Assembly: GCA_000092065.1 (NCBI GenBank)
Contig: CP000593.1
Source of the DNA: Ostreococcus lucimarinus
Lineage: Eukaryota
DNA: 64,000 nt
Reading direction: 5' to 3' (one strand)
Positions 46,091 to 55,203 of this stretch are shown here, piece after piece. A model generated the notes under the pieces. The model saw only the letters and a program-made list of their open reading frames with translations, did no database searches and was not told where the DNA came from. A program made the position numbers and the translations under genes. The stretch's first letter is position 1. Each line of letters starts with the position of its first letter.

Positions 46091-46522
46091 GGGCGCGGCG
46101 AGGCGTCGTCTGGCGCCCGCGCGATGGTTGGCGCGAATGACCCGGGCGCGCGCGCAGCGCAAATCCAAGAGCGATCGGCGTAAAAAAAGTAACGCATCTT
46201 CAAGTCCACCTGGAGCGACGCACGCGTGAGTCACGGAGTTCACGACGCGGACGCGCGGCACGCACCTCCTTAACCACTCGGACACAGTGACCGCGTCGCG
46301 CGAACGTCACCGACGAGATTTGAACTCGCGCACGCATAGCGTAGTGGATATCTTTAATACGAAAGAATACTGCATAAATGCACATGTCGGCTTCAGTGCG
46401 TTCGCGCGATGCGATTTCGTTGATGTTACAGGTTGAATACGAAACCACGCGCGGGGCGTCGGACGATGCTCGACGAGAGCGCGGGGAGGCGTCGCGAGGG
46501 CGAACGCGAAAAGGGAGAAGCG

Positions 46523-48853
46523 TTACAATTTCGCGCCGCACTCGTAACAAAACTTGAGCGCGACGGCGCCTACGGGATGGTTGAGCGCGCACGCGCACGC
46601 GGGACACGAAATAGACGATGATTTTGCGACGTGGTTTTCCTTGAGCGGATCTCGCGCGTCGGCGGCGACGGCGTCGAACGCGAGCGCCTGGTGACGTTGC
46701 GACTGTTGCGCCGCCGCCGCCGCGCGCGGACGCGCGATGGCGTCGCGCTCGATGATCGAGGACGATGTCGTCGTCGCCGTCGAAGGTTTGCGTATACCGA
46801 GCGCCAAGAAAGTCTTCTCCCTGCGTTCTTCGATCTGTCGCTTGCGTTCGGCGCGACGCTGCGCTCTCGCGTCCTCATCCGTTTCGCTGATGAGCTGACG
46901 GAACGACTTCTCACGCGCCTCGGCGTCTTCGACGACGTTCGATCGACCTATTCTCGGTAGAATGGTCGCCGCCGCGGCGTTTTGATCGAATTGCGACATC
47001 GCGACGTCGATTGATTTCGAAAACGTCTCGATGAGGAACCCTTCGACGAGGGCGTCTTGTTCGCCAACACGACGAGACGTCGGATTTGACACGCTGGATT
47101 CGTTCACGTCCATCAATCTATCCGCGATATCGTCGAATCGTAGCGCGTACGCGTGCGAGGCGGCGGTATTCGTAGCCTTCGTCGCGCCGGGATCGACGCG
47201 AATGCCGACGCGCGTCGCTTCGCCGCCGCGATCCCATCGCCGCGCATACGCGGCGTACGCATCGCCTTCGCTCGATCTGGTCCCACGCGACGCCGCAGCG
47301 ACGGCGGAAAAGATTTGCGAGCTCTTCACGGCACCGATCTCGGGCGAGATCGCTTCGTCGAGCGGTACCAAATTCGGTTCGGCGTCTTTGTACACGTCTT
47401 CGTTCACGTCTTCGACGACGTCTGCGTCTTCCACGATATCCTTGAGCTTGACGCTCTGTCGAGCGCTGAGTAAACCGAGCGCGTGATCCGCTTCGTCTAA
47501 TGCGTTTTGACGTGCGAGTGTGCTCATGTTGTCCATCGCGACGTTGACTTTGTTCAACCCACTCGCGCCCGCGCTCGCGGAGAGACGCCGCAACAATTCG
47601 GGCACCGTCGCGAACGCACGAAGATGAAACTCTAACCCATCGGCACCGCGGCGCACGGGATAGAGCAGCATCGGCGTAGCGTCGAGTTGTCCGTCGCTCG
47701 ACACGTCGCGGTACTGACGCCGCGCCGCCGTGCCGCTCATCCATTGAGTCTTCACTACCATCGCCGGGACGTCGCCTGGCGTCGGCGCGTCCGCGAACGC
47801 CGCGCTCCACGACGAAAACAACGCCTCGCGCACGTCTCGCGACTCCGGGACGTCGTCCATGCGCACGCACAGAGATAACGTCGAGCTCAAGTACACGCTC
47901 GGGATGTCGCGCGCGCGCACAATTTCCACCACGCGCAACGCGCTCGCTCTAGGCGGCGCGGGCGCGGGCGGTCTCGGCGCCGAGCTCGTCGTCGCCGTCG
48001 CATCCATCGTCTCCTCCTCCCCATCATCCGCGCTCGCTCGCGGCTGCAAACGCGTCGCGCGTAACCCGTGAATTTCTACCCTATCTTTCCCGCTCGACGA
48101 CGCGAACGCCAACGTTCCTCGCCACCGCTCGCCCAAATCCACCGTCTCGTCGTCGCCGACGTTTGAAATCGACGCCCCCGCGGCGTCCGCCACCGCTCGC
48201 GCCATCTCCGACCCCCCCCCCTCGCCGCACAGCACCACGCGACACCGCGCGAACGTCCCGAAGCACGCCTTCGCGCGTCGAAACACGCCGTACGCCGCGA
48301 CCATTCCCGTCGTCCACGCCGCGCCGCGTTTAAAATCGCCGACAGCCGCCGCGTTCGGCGCGAACCAAATCACATCCACCCACACCCCTCGCTCGCGATT
48401 CGCTCGCTCCATCGCCCCGCACGCGCTCGCCGCCGCCTCCTCCGCGCTCGCGCCGCGTCCGCCTTCGCCGTTTTCCCGCGACAATTCAATCCTCGCGTCT
48501 CGCAGCGTCTCCCGCAGCGTCTCCGCGTCGACCCCCGTCGTCGTCTCGCTTTCCCGCCCATCGCTCGCGAGCGCGCGCGCGATCCCGGTCCCCCACGCGC
48601 GCGCGACGTATCGCGCTCCCCTCGACGCCGCGCCGAGGCCGTTCGCGCGCAGCGCGTCGTCGTCGTCGTCGTTCGCGCGCGTCGTCCGCGTCGCGCACCC
48701 ATCGTCGTCGTCATCTTCCCCGTCCCGCATCGCGCGTTCGCACGCCGCGACGCCGTCGAGCGCGTCGATCGCGTCCGCGCACCACCGCGCGCTCGCGGCG
48801 CGCGCGTCGAGGTCGCTCGCGGCGTCGCCGACGAGCGCGACGACCAAACGCAT
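46523..48853 (-). CDS. Large conserved-looking protein of unknown function with a C-terminal zinc-ribbon
   Basis: ATG at 48853, 776 aa of non-repetitive sequence with ordinary composition. It ends [27 protein letters not shown] (CxxC...CxxC). No family was recognised by eye. Confidence 0.6.
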   Translation of the reverse strand: MRLVVALVGDAASDLDARAASARWCADAIDALDGVAACERAMRDGEDDDDDGCATRTTRANDDDDDALRANGLGAASRGARYVARAWGTGIARALASDGRESETTTGVDAETLRETLRDARIELSRENGEGGRGASAEEAAASACGAMERANRERGVWVDVIWFAPNAAAVGDFKRGAAWTTGMVAAYGVFRRAKACFGTFARCRVVLCGEGGGSEMARAVADAAGASISNVGDDETVDLGERWRGTLAFASSSGKDRVEIHGLRATRLQPRASADDGEEETMDATATTSSAPRPPAPAPPRASALRVVEIVRARDIPSVYLSSTLSLCVRMDDVPESRDVREALFSSWSAAFADAPTPGDVPAMVVKTQWMSGTAARRQYRDVSSDGQLDATPMLLYPVRRGADGLEFHLRAFATVPELLRRLSASAGASGLNKVNVAMDNMSTLARQNALDEADHALGLLSARQSVKLKDIVEDADVVEDVNEDVYKDAEPNLVPLDEAISPEIGAVKSSQIFSAVAAASRGTRSSEGDAYAAYARRWDRGGEATRVGIRVDPGATKATNTAASHAYALRFDDIADRLMDVNESSVSNPTSRRVGEQDALVEGFLIETFSKSIDVAMSQFDQNAAAATILPRIGRSNVVEDAEAREKSFRQLISETDEDARAQRRAERKRQIEERREKTFLALGIRKPSTATTTSSSIIERDAIARPRAAAAAQQSQRHQALAFDAVAADARDPLKENHVAKSSSISCPACACALNHPVGAVALKFCYECGAKL

Positions 48854-48922
48854 CGCGGCGCGGCGACGAATGAAGTCGAAAATTCGTCACAACGCCGCGT
48901 CGCGCGGTGCGGCGCGCGCGCG

Positions 48923-49390
48923 ATGTCGCCGCGCTCGAGCGCGATGACGCCGACGCCCGGTAAGCACCGACGGTCGCTGAGCACGCCCGTGGACGTGCTG
49001 GCGTCGAGCGCGCTGCAACGGGCGCTCGATCGCGCGCGGGACCGACACGGCGGCGACGACGCGCCGAGCCGAAGCGATTCGCTGTTCGGGGACGAGGACG
49101 CGATGGCGCACGCGATGGCGATCGATTTGGACGACGCGCCGCTGGACGTGCGAGAGCTGGCGATGCAGGATCCGAAGCGAGCGAAGAGGATTTTGGCCAA
49201 CCGCCTGAGCGCGGCGCGGAGCAAGGAGCGAAAGACGCGATACGTCAAGGGGTTGGAAAAGAAACTGAACGAGCTGGAGGAGTGCGAGAGGACGTTGATT
49301 TTGGAGAGAGAAAGAATGGCGACGGCGGTGGCGACGCTGGCGGCGGAGAATAGCGCGTTGCAGATGATGATGGGGACGCCGGCGCGGTGA
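48923..49390 (+). CDS. bZIP transcription factor
   Basis: ATG at 48923. The basic region [32 protein letters not shown] is followed by a leucine-heptad zipper ([33 protein letters not shown]). Confidence 0.85.
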   Translation: MSPRSSAMTPTPGKHRRSLSTPVDVLASSALQRALDRARDRHGGDDAPSRSDSLFGDEDAMAHAMAIDLDDAPLDVRELAMQDPKRAKRILANRLSAARSKERKTRYVKGLEKKLNELEECERTLILERERMATAVATLAAENSALQMMMGTPAR

Positions 49391-49526
49391 GACAATCGGA
49401 GGGGAACGTCGAGACGAGGGGAATTTCGATGAAGAAATGTAATTTTACTGCAAGTGTACCGTACTGGACGACGCGCGTAAGAGCTAAGATGCGTTCTAAG
49501 CGCTCGCGGCGAGAGCGTGCGCGCGA

Positions 49527-50459
49527 TCATCCAAAGTGGCTAAAAAATTCGTAATCTGGGTGCACCGTCTTGCGCATGCGAAGCCAGGTGTAGGCGCCGT
49601 CCATGAGCTTGTTCATCCAGTCAGTGACGTCGTCGTTCGCGGCCCAGACGTCGCCTTGCATTTTGTACATCGATAATCCGAACGGGCGAAGGATGTGTGC
49701 GTGCGGTGCGGCGGTCGATCCGCCGCCCGCGCCCGCGTCGTCCGACGCAGACGCCCGCTCCTTCGCTCGCGCGGCGCGCAGCGCGAGCAAATCTTCCGAT
49801 AACATCGTCATCTCCGGCGGCAACGGACACGCGATGTCACCATCGCACAATTCTCCCGCGTACAACGCGTGATAGGTCAAGAAACACCCCTGCACGTCGT
49901 GTAACATCGTCCCTTGCGGTATGCGATAAATCGGATACCACGCCACGCTCATCCAACTACTCGGCGCCAAGTCCGCGCTCGTCATCGTCCTCAACTCCGC
50001 CCGCTCATCTAGTATCAAATCAATTATCTCTCGAAACGGCGCTCTCGAGTACGGCGACGCCTTTTCAAAGAATTCATAAATCAATCTCGTCCCCGTTCCG
50101 ACTCGTCTTCGTCTCGCGCCGTCCTCGCCGTCCTCGCCGTCCTCGCCGTCCCCGCGCACGAACAACTGCATTCCGGACAAAAACGGCACGTAATACTGCG
50201 ACACGCACGGTTGGCCGTCTTGCAAGCGCAGCGGGACCTCGGCGCCGAACGCGCTCGGCTCGGTAAACGCGTCCCAAAGCTCGGATAAGGCGAAATCTCG
50301 ACTCGACTCGGCGCGCGACGAGAAAACGGGCGCGGACGACGCGACGAAGGCTTCGATGTTCGCCATCTCGTGCGTCGACGCGAGGTCGAGCGCGGGAGGC
50401 GCGCCGGCGTCGACGCGCGCGGCGGGCGTGCGCGGGACGTCCGCGTCGGGGGCGGACAT
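49527..50459 (-). CDS. DUF789-family protein (plant-lineage protein of unknown function)
   Basis: ATG at 50459. The hallmark block SWMSVAWYPIYRIPQGTMLHDVQGCFLTYHAL, and the upstream YYVPFLSGMQLF, match my memory of DUF789. Confidence 0.55.
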   Translation of the reverse strand: MSAPDADVPRTPAARVDAGAPPALDLASTHEMANIEAFVASSAPVFSSRAESSRDFALSELWDAFTEPSAFGAEVPLRLQDGQPCVSQYYVPFLSGMQLFVRGDGEDGEDGEDGARRRRVGTGTRLIYEFFEKASPYSRAPFREIIDLILDERAELRTMTSADLAPSSWMSVAWYPIYRIPQGTMLHDVQGCFLTYHALYAGELCDGDIACPLPPEMTMLSEDLLALRAARAKERASASDDAGAGGGSTAAPHAHILRPFGLSMYKMQGDVWAANDDVTDWMNKLMDGAYTWLRMRKTVHPDYEFFSHFG

Positions 50460-50580
50460 CGCGACGCGAGGCGCGCACTGCGGCGCGGCGCGAGGCGACG
50501 ACGAGAGAAGACCGAGCGGAGCGTCGAGATCAAGTCGCGGTTCGCCGCGCGAGTGATAATTACACTGATGATAACATTCT

Positions 50581-51522
50581 TCACGAAGACGCGGCGGCGG
50601 TCGCGACGGCGGCGTTCGGGGCGAGGAGAAGCCTGACTTTGGCGTACGAGCTCGCCGCGCGCACGAGAAACGAGGCGACGCGCAAGAGTTTCGGTAATCC
50701 GCTCGTCACGCCTTCCCTGCGCTCTTCGCGCCCGGCCCAGATGCGAACCTCGCTGTGGGCGACGAGCAAGGCGAGATTTCCCGCGCTGCTCGCGCTCCGC
50801 GGCAGGGATACGCCCTTTCGTCGTAACAACGCGTTCGCCGCGCTCTGAATCCACGCGCGCGAGTACTCGTTCAACCGATCCCTCGCTCGGAACGAAAACC
50901 AAAACCTCGGCCCGCGTCGCGCCTCCTTGCTCCAAATTTTCGATTCGTACGTGTAATTCGCGTGACACACCCTGCACTGCGTCTCGCGCGCGCCGCGCGT
51001 TTGATAACTCACGCGCTGCCATCGTCGTAGGCACCTCTTGTGCACGTACGCCTGCGACCCCGCGCACGCGCACGGCTCGATCAGCGTCCCACACTCGGAC
51101 CCCGTGAAACAAAACCTGCACGTCCCCTCCGACGCCTTCTTCGCCGACGCGACGCTCGGCGACGTCTCCACCGCCGCCGTCGCCGTCGTCCCGCTCGTCG
51201 TCCCGCTCGTCGTCCCGCTCGCCGTCCCGCTCGCCGCGCTCGCCAGCTCCCTCGCGCTCGCGCTCCTCGACAGCCGTCCCATCGCCGCGCGTCCGCTCGG
51301 CGACATCCGACGCGCGTTTACCTCTTCCGCACCGCGCGCCGGCGTCGCGCTCGCATCGCTCGCGTCGCTCTCGTCGTCGTCGTCGTCCTCGCGCGCCTCC
51401 TCGTCGTCGCTCGAGCTCGTCTCCGCCTCGCTCGCGCTCGCGCGCGCGCGCGCCTCGGCCTCGTTCGCGCGTCGGTGCGCCTCGAGCAGGGCGAGCCCGG
51501 TGAGAATCACGGGCGAGCTCAT
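50581..51522 (-). CDS. RING-CH (RINGv/MARCH-type, C4HC3) zinc-finger protein
   Basis: First ATG at 51522 (MSSPVILTG...). The C4HC3 pattern is CRFCFTGSECGTLIEPCACAGSQAYVHKRCLRRWQ....CRVCHANY. The upstream 355 codons of the 668-aa ORF are Arg-rich junk overlapping the neighbouring gene. Confidence 0.75.
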   Translation of the reverse strand: MSSPVILTGLALLEAHRRANEAEARARASASEAETSSSDDEEAREDDDDDESDASDASATPARGAEEVNARRMSPSGRAAMGRLSRSASARELASAASGTASGTTSGTTSGTTATAAVETSPSVASAKKASEGTCRFCFTGSECGTLIEPCACAGSQAYVHKRCLRRWQRVSYQTRGARETQCRVCHANYTYESKIWSKEARRGPRFWFSFRARDRLNEYSRAWIQSAANALLRRKGVSLPRSASSAGNLALLVAHSEVRIWAGREERREGVTSGLPKLLRVASFLVRAASSYAKVRLLLAPNAAVATAAASS

Positions 51523-51816
51523 CGCCGACGCGCGCGGCGTCGCGCTCTGCCGCGCGCGTCCGCGTCGCCGCGAAACCGAAAGGTCGAGGCGAAGGGTCGT
51601 TGGCGTCGACCGCGCGCTTCGGCGCGTCGCGCGCGCGCGCGAGCGGCGCCGACCGCCGCGACGCGCGATCGATCGTCGGTTCGCGCGCGCGGGCGCGCGG
51701 CGGCGCGCGGCGCGCGGGCGCGGCGTCGACGATCGATCGCGACGGCTCGGGACACGGCGACGCGACGACGCGCGAGGACGACCGCGCGAGCGACGGCGCG
51801 CGCGAGGACGACGGCG

Positions 51817-52623
51817 ATGGACGGCGGTGAAGTCGAGGCGGCGGCGCGCGCGCGCGAGGGCGACGCCGCGGGCGAGGCGGGACGCGACGGCGACGACGAG
51901 GGCGCGAAGGCGATGAACGCGACGACGACGACGACGGCGACGACGGGCGGCGACGACGACGACGGCGCGACGGCGAACGCGACGGCGGAGGACGCGCGCG
52001 CGATGCCGCACAACGCGGCGACGGTGACGCGGCCGGGAGAGGGGAAGGCGCCCCCGCGCGGGGCGGCGGTGCACATGACGGAGCGACAGTTGTACGCGTT
52101 TCGGCAGCAGATCGCGGCGTACGCGCACATATGTCAACAGTTGTTGCAGATAACGACGGTGAGCGCGACGCAACAGACGCCGAGACAGCGTGAGGCGAGG
52201 TACGAGGTGCCGGGATCGGCGGGCGCGCACGCGGGGGCGAACGCGAGCGCGCAGGCGTTCGCGGCGATGGCGGCGAGCGGGACGGCGAACGCGCAGCAGA
52301 GAAAGACGTACGAGGAGGGACAGCGCGTCGGACGCGGGGAAGATAAGGGCGTGCGAGGACCGAGATGGAGTGGAACGCCGGATCAGTACAAGATTTTGGA
52401 GGATTTGTTCTTGGCGGGCGAGCAACCGCCCGTGCGAGCGAGATTGACGGAGATTACGAAGCGGCTGCAAGAACACGGGCCCATTCAAGAACACAACGTG
52501 TACAATTGGTTTCAAAACCGACGGAGCAGGGAAAAGAAAAGGTTGGCGGAAGAACGCGCGTCGAACGATGCGGCGCTCGACAATCAACCGCTCGCGTCGC
52601 GGTACGGCGTGGGCGAACGATGA
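51817..52623 (+). CDS. WOX-type homeobox transcription factor with an N-terminal QLQ-like motif
   Basis: First ATG at 51817. The homeodomain is RWSGTPDQYKILEDLFLAGEQPPVRARLTEITKRLQEHGPIQEHNVYNWFQNRRSREKKR, with WUSCHEL-related spacing and NVYNWFQNR. Upstream, TERQLYAFRQQIAAYAHICQQL resembles a QLQ motif. Confidence 0.85.
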   Translation: MDGGEVEAAARAREGDAAGEAGRDGDDEGAKAMNATTTTTATTGGDDDDGATANATAEDARAMPHNAATVTRPGEGKAPPRGAAVHMTERQLYAFRQQIAAYAHICQQLLQITTVSATQQTPRQREARYEVPGSAGAHAGANASAQAFAAMAASGTANAQQRKTYEEGQRVGRGEDKGVRGPRWSGTPDQYKILEDLFLAGEQPPVRARLTEITKRLQEHGPIQEHNVYNWFQNRRSREKKRLAEERASNDAALDNQPLASRYGVGER

Positions 52624-52693
52624 ACGACAAAGCGCGCGAGGTGTAATACGTAGCTACATACTTTTGCGAATAATATTAAATCGAATCGTCTGC

Positions 52694-53476
52694 TCAGTCG
52701 AGTTGCCCGCGGCGGCGCAATCGAAGCGTGATCTCTTCCAACCTTTCGCTCGCCGTGGGGTTGTTCGGCGACAACACTAAGCTCTCCTCGTAGCACTTGA
52801 TCGCTTCCTTGAGCTCCTTCTTCTTCTCGTACGCCTCGCCGAGATTGTTCCACGCCGTGACGTAGCCAGGCTGTAACGCCACCGACTTCTTAAACTCCAC
52901 GATCGCGTCATCAATCTTATCGGTATTGGAGTATCCAAACCCCAAAGCGTTGTGCACCAACGCCAAGTCCTGTTCGTCTCCGTCCCAGTTCTCCTCCGCC
53001 GCCTGCAAATTTCTCACCGCCTGCGTGAACACCTTCTTCCTCAACAAAATGCTCCCCATCTCGAAGTAATCCTCCGCGCTCGCGTTCCCCGCCCGTATTC
53101 TCTCACCCATTTTCTTCGCTTGGTCGTCCAACTCTCGACGAATCAGCACTTGTCGCACGACGATGAACCCGGCGCCGCCGAGGATCGCGAGCAGCGTCCC
53201 CAGGTAAAACGCCTGGATCCCTCCCTCGAGTTCCGCCGTCTGCGCGATCGCCCGCGCGTGCGCGACGTGCGTCGACGCCGAGGCGTAATCTATGTCACTC
53301 AGCGACACGCCGCGCGTCGCGTGCGTCGCGCCGCGTCGCGCCGCGACGACGACGCGCGCCGATCGTCGATTGGATAAAGTCGACGCCGGCGCGCTTCTCG
53401 CCGCGCCGGCGCGACGCGGCGGCGCGCGCGGCGGCGACGTCGAGCGCATCGCGAGCGTCGCTTCCGCGGCGAGCAT
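52694..53476 (-). CDS. Thylakoid TPR protein, Ycf37/PYG7-like (PSI assembly) - tentative
   Basis: The protein has a transit-like leader, one TM helix (FYLGTLLAILGGAGFIVV), then three TPR units (AEDYFEMGSILLRKKVFTQAVRNL; ALVHNALGFGYSNTDKIDDAIVEFKKSVALQP; VTAWNNLGEAYEKKKELKEAIKCYEESLVLSP). ATGs lie at 53476 and 53539; the latter would be only 24 bp from the divergent ATG. Confidence 0.55.
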   Translation of the reverse strand: MLAAEATLAMRSTSPPRAPPRRAGAARSAPASTLSNRRSARVVVAARRGATHATRGVSLSDIDYASASTHVAHARAIAQTAELEGGIQAFYLGTLLAILGGAGFIVVRQVLIRRELDDQAKKMGERIRAGNASAEDYFEMGSILLRKKVFTQAVRNLQAAEENWDGDEQDLALVHNALGFGYSNTDKIDDAIVEFKKSVALQPGYVTAWNNLGEAYEKKKELKEAIKCYEESLVLSPNNPTASERLEEITLRLRRRGQLD

Positions 53477-53563
53477 CGTGGCGCGGGCGATCGAGCGCGC
53501 GCGAGGGTGTGGCGCTTCGCCGATCGCATCGCAGCGCATCGCGACCGCACTCGAACGCGCGCG

Positions 53564-54067
53564 ATGTCGCTCGCGATGACGACGCGCGCGCGAAGCGCGC
53601 CGGTGGTGGGCGTCGATGCGCGCAGACGACGAGGCGCGAACGCCGACGTCAAGGCGCGCGCGCGATGCGTCGCGCGAGCGTCGGAAGCGAACGATGACGA
53701 CGATGGCATCCAGCTCGGAACGGCGAAACTGCCGCCGACGTGCGATGAAACCGCGCTATGCGATGCGCTGTACCAGTGGGCGAGCACACTGACGAGCTCG
53801 GGGCAAAATTTGCCGTTCGCGCTGTCGCAGCGCGTGGATCGGACGAACGATGGGTTTGAGTTGGCGTTTTTGACGGCGGCGAAGAACGGCGCGCCGGGGG
53901 AGTTGGCGGCGGTAGGGGCGATCGCGGCGAGCGTTGAGGTCGCTGGACAAGAGAAGGTGTTGATGATACGTGGATATGGGAATGTAATGAATTTGGTGGA
54001 CACGCCTGTGGTGATGGGGGCGATGCCGGCGGCGATTCGACGCGCCGTCGCGATGTCTTCGGCGTGA
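53564..54067 (+). CDS. Small plastid-targeted-looking protein, family not recognised
   Basis: First ATG at 53564 (the ORF-track start is GTG). The leader is MSLAMTTRARSAPVVGVDARRRRG. The body YQWASTLTSSGQNLPFALSQRVDRTNDGFELAFL...VLMIRGYGNVMNLVD has ordinary, non-repetitive composition. Confidence 0.5.
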   Translation: MSLAMTTRARSAPVVGVDARRRRGANADVKARARCVARASEANDDDDGIQLGTAKLPPTCDETALCDALYQWASTLTSSGQNLPFALSQRVDRTNDGFELAFLTAAKNGAPGELAAVGAIAASVEVAGQEKVLMIRGYGNVMNLVDTPVVMGAMPAAIRRAVAMSSA

Positions 54068-54189
54068 GTAAAGAGTTGGCGTCTTACGCGTTTGATTTGC
54101 GTCTTTTCGGCCGATATTCGCGGTCGTCGCTCTTGTACAGCGTTGCATAAATTAATTTTACATATTTAGATCGCGCGACGTCGCCGCGC

Positions 54190-54966
54190 CTACGCGCGCG
54201 GCCCAGGAACGATGCTATTATAGTGCACTTCTGCAAAGAAGGACAGCCATAAACTTCTCGGCGAATTCACATCGGCGCCCTCTTTTGGTGTAATCTCGAT
54301 GAAACCGTGCTCGGAGTACGAAGTTATGATGTTTATATCGACTCCGTACGCATCTGCCGCGGCTTGCAACGTAATGTGATCGCCCCACTCGCCCGCGTTT
54401 GACATTTTCTGGACGTATTCGTCGAAATCGAGAGGAGCGGCGTAAGGCGCGTAGTCGTCCGGATTTCGCACCAATCGATCGCAAACTGCCGCGCGGACGG
54501 CGTCGTGATTTTCTCCCCCATCCCGAAATAATTGATCACTGAGCGCTCGAAACTGACAGTTCCCATCGCCAGTGATGATTTTTTCCCGAACGCCGTAGAA
54601 GTCCAGACGCAACAGCAAGCGTGAGTGGTCAGCATCGACTACCGCCGATGCCGGTGGGCCTGTCGTAGATGCATCGACGACGAAATCGTTCAATTTCGGC
54701 ACGAACGCATTCTTTAACGCAGACCGCTCGCCGATGACGTCCACGAGACCGGCCTCGGCCTCCGCCACGGCGCGCGCGATGGCTCGGTCAAGTTCGCCGT
54801 CAACGTCCAAGACCAACTCCTGTGCATCACTCAAGCTCCTGGCGAGCGCCGCGTCGCGCTCAATTTGTGCGTCGATACTTGCGACGTCGCGTTCGTCGAT
54901 CGATAACGCCGCGGCGATGGCAGCGTCGTCGATGGTCGAGTCTTCACCGCGCTCATTCGTCCCCAT
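54190..54966 (-). CDS. OTU-domain cysteine protease (deubiquitinase)
   Basis: ATG at 54966. OTU catalytic blocks: ITGDGNCQFRALSDQL (Cys box), EWGDHITLQAAADAYGV, EVHYNSI (His box). Confidence 0.85.
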   Translation of the reverse strand: MGTNERGEDSTIDDAAIAAALSIDERDVASIDAQIERDAALARSLSDAQELVLDVDGELDRAIARAVAEAEAGLVDVIGERSALKNAFVPKLNDFVVDASTTGPPASAVVDADHSRLLLRLDFYGVREKIITGDGNCQFRALSDQLFRDGGENHDAVRAAVCDRLVRNPDDYAPYAAPLDFDEYVQKMSNAGEWGDHITLQAAADAYGVDINIITSYSEHGFIEITPKEGADVNSPRSLWLSFFAEVHYNSIVPGPRA

Positions 54967-55203
54967 GGCGAGACAGTTACTCCGCGGTGGCGGCGAAGAA
55001 ATAGACGTCGCGCAGCGCTTCTAATACGTGACGATGCGAAACATTTCTTTCACCTCCACGTCGATGATTCGCGTCGCGGAGCGCGCGCGGACGGGGACGC
55101 GCGCGATGCAAAGTGAGGAGACGCGAGCAAGCGCGGGCACGGTGTTCGTATCAAAGCTTCGTATCAAAGGTCAGAGTCTTGATGCGCTCGGCGAACCGTC
55201 GTT

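Noticed and set aside
46320-46440. AT-richer patch upstream of PFD4 (gcatagcgtagtggatatctttaatacgaaag...) inspected as a possible tRNA or snRNA.
   Set aside because: I could not fold it into a cloverleaf: there is no acceptor/T-arm pairing and no GTTCGAATC-type T-loop in register. No Sm-site or box C/D pairs were seen. It is most likely promoter or UTR sequence.
50581-52623. Two mutually overlapping giant ORFs (668 aa minus, 527 aa plus) that might suggest overlapping genes.
   Set aside because: Only the distal third of each has real domains (RING-CH; WOX homeodomain). The overlapping parts are Arg-rich and lie upstream of the first ATGs (51522 and 51817). These are two ordinary divergent genes with a 294-bp promoter.
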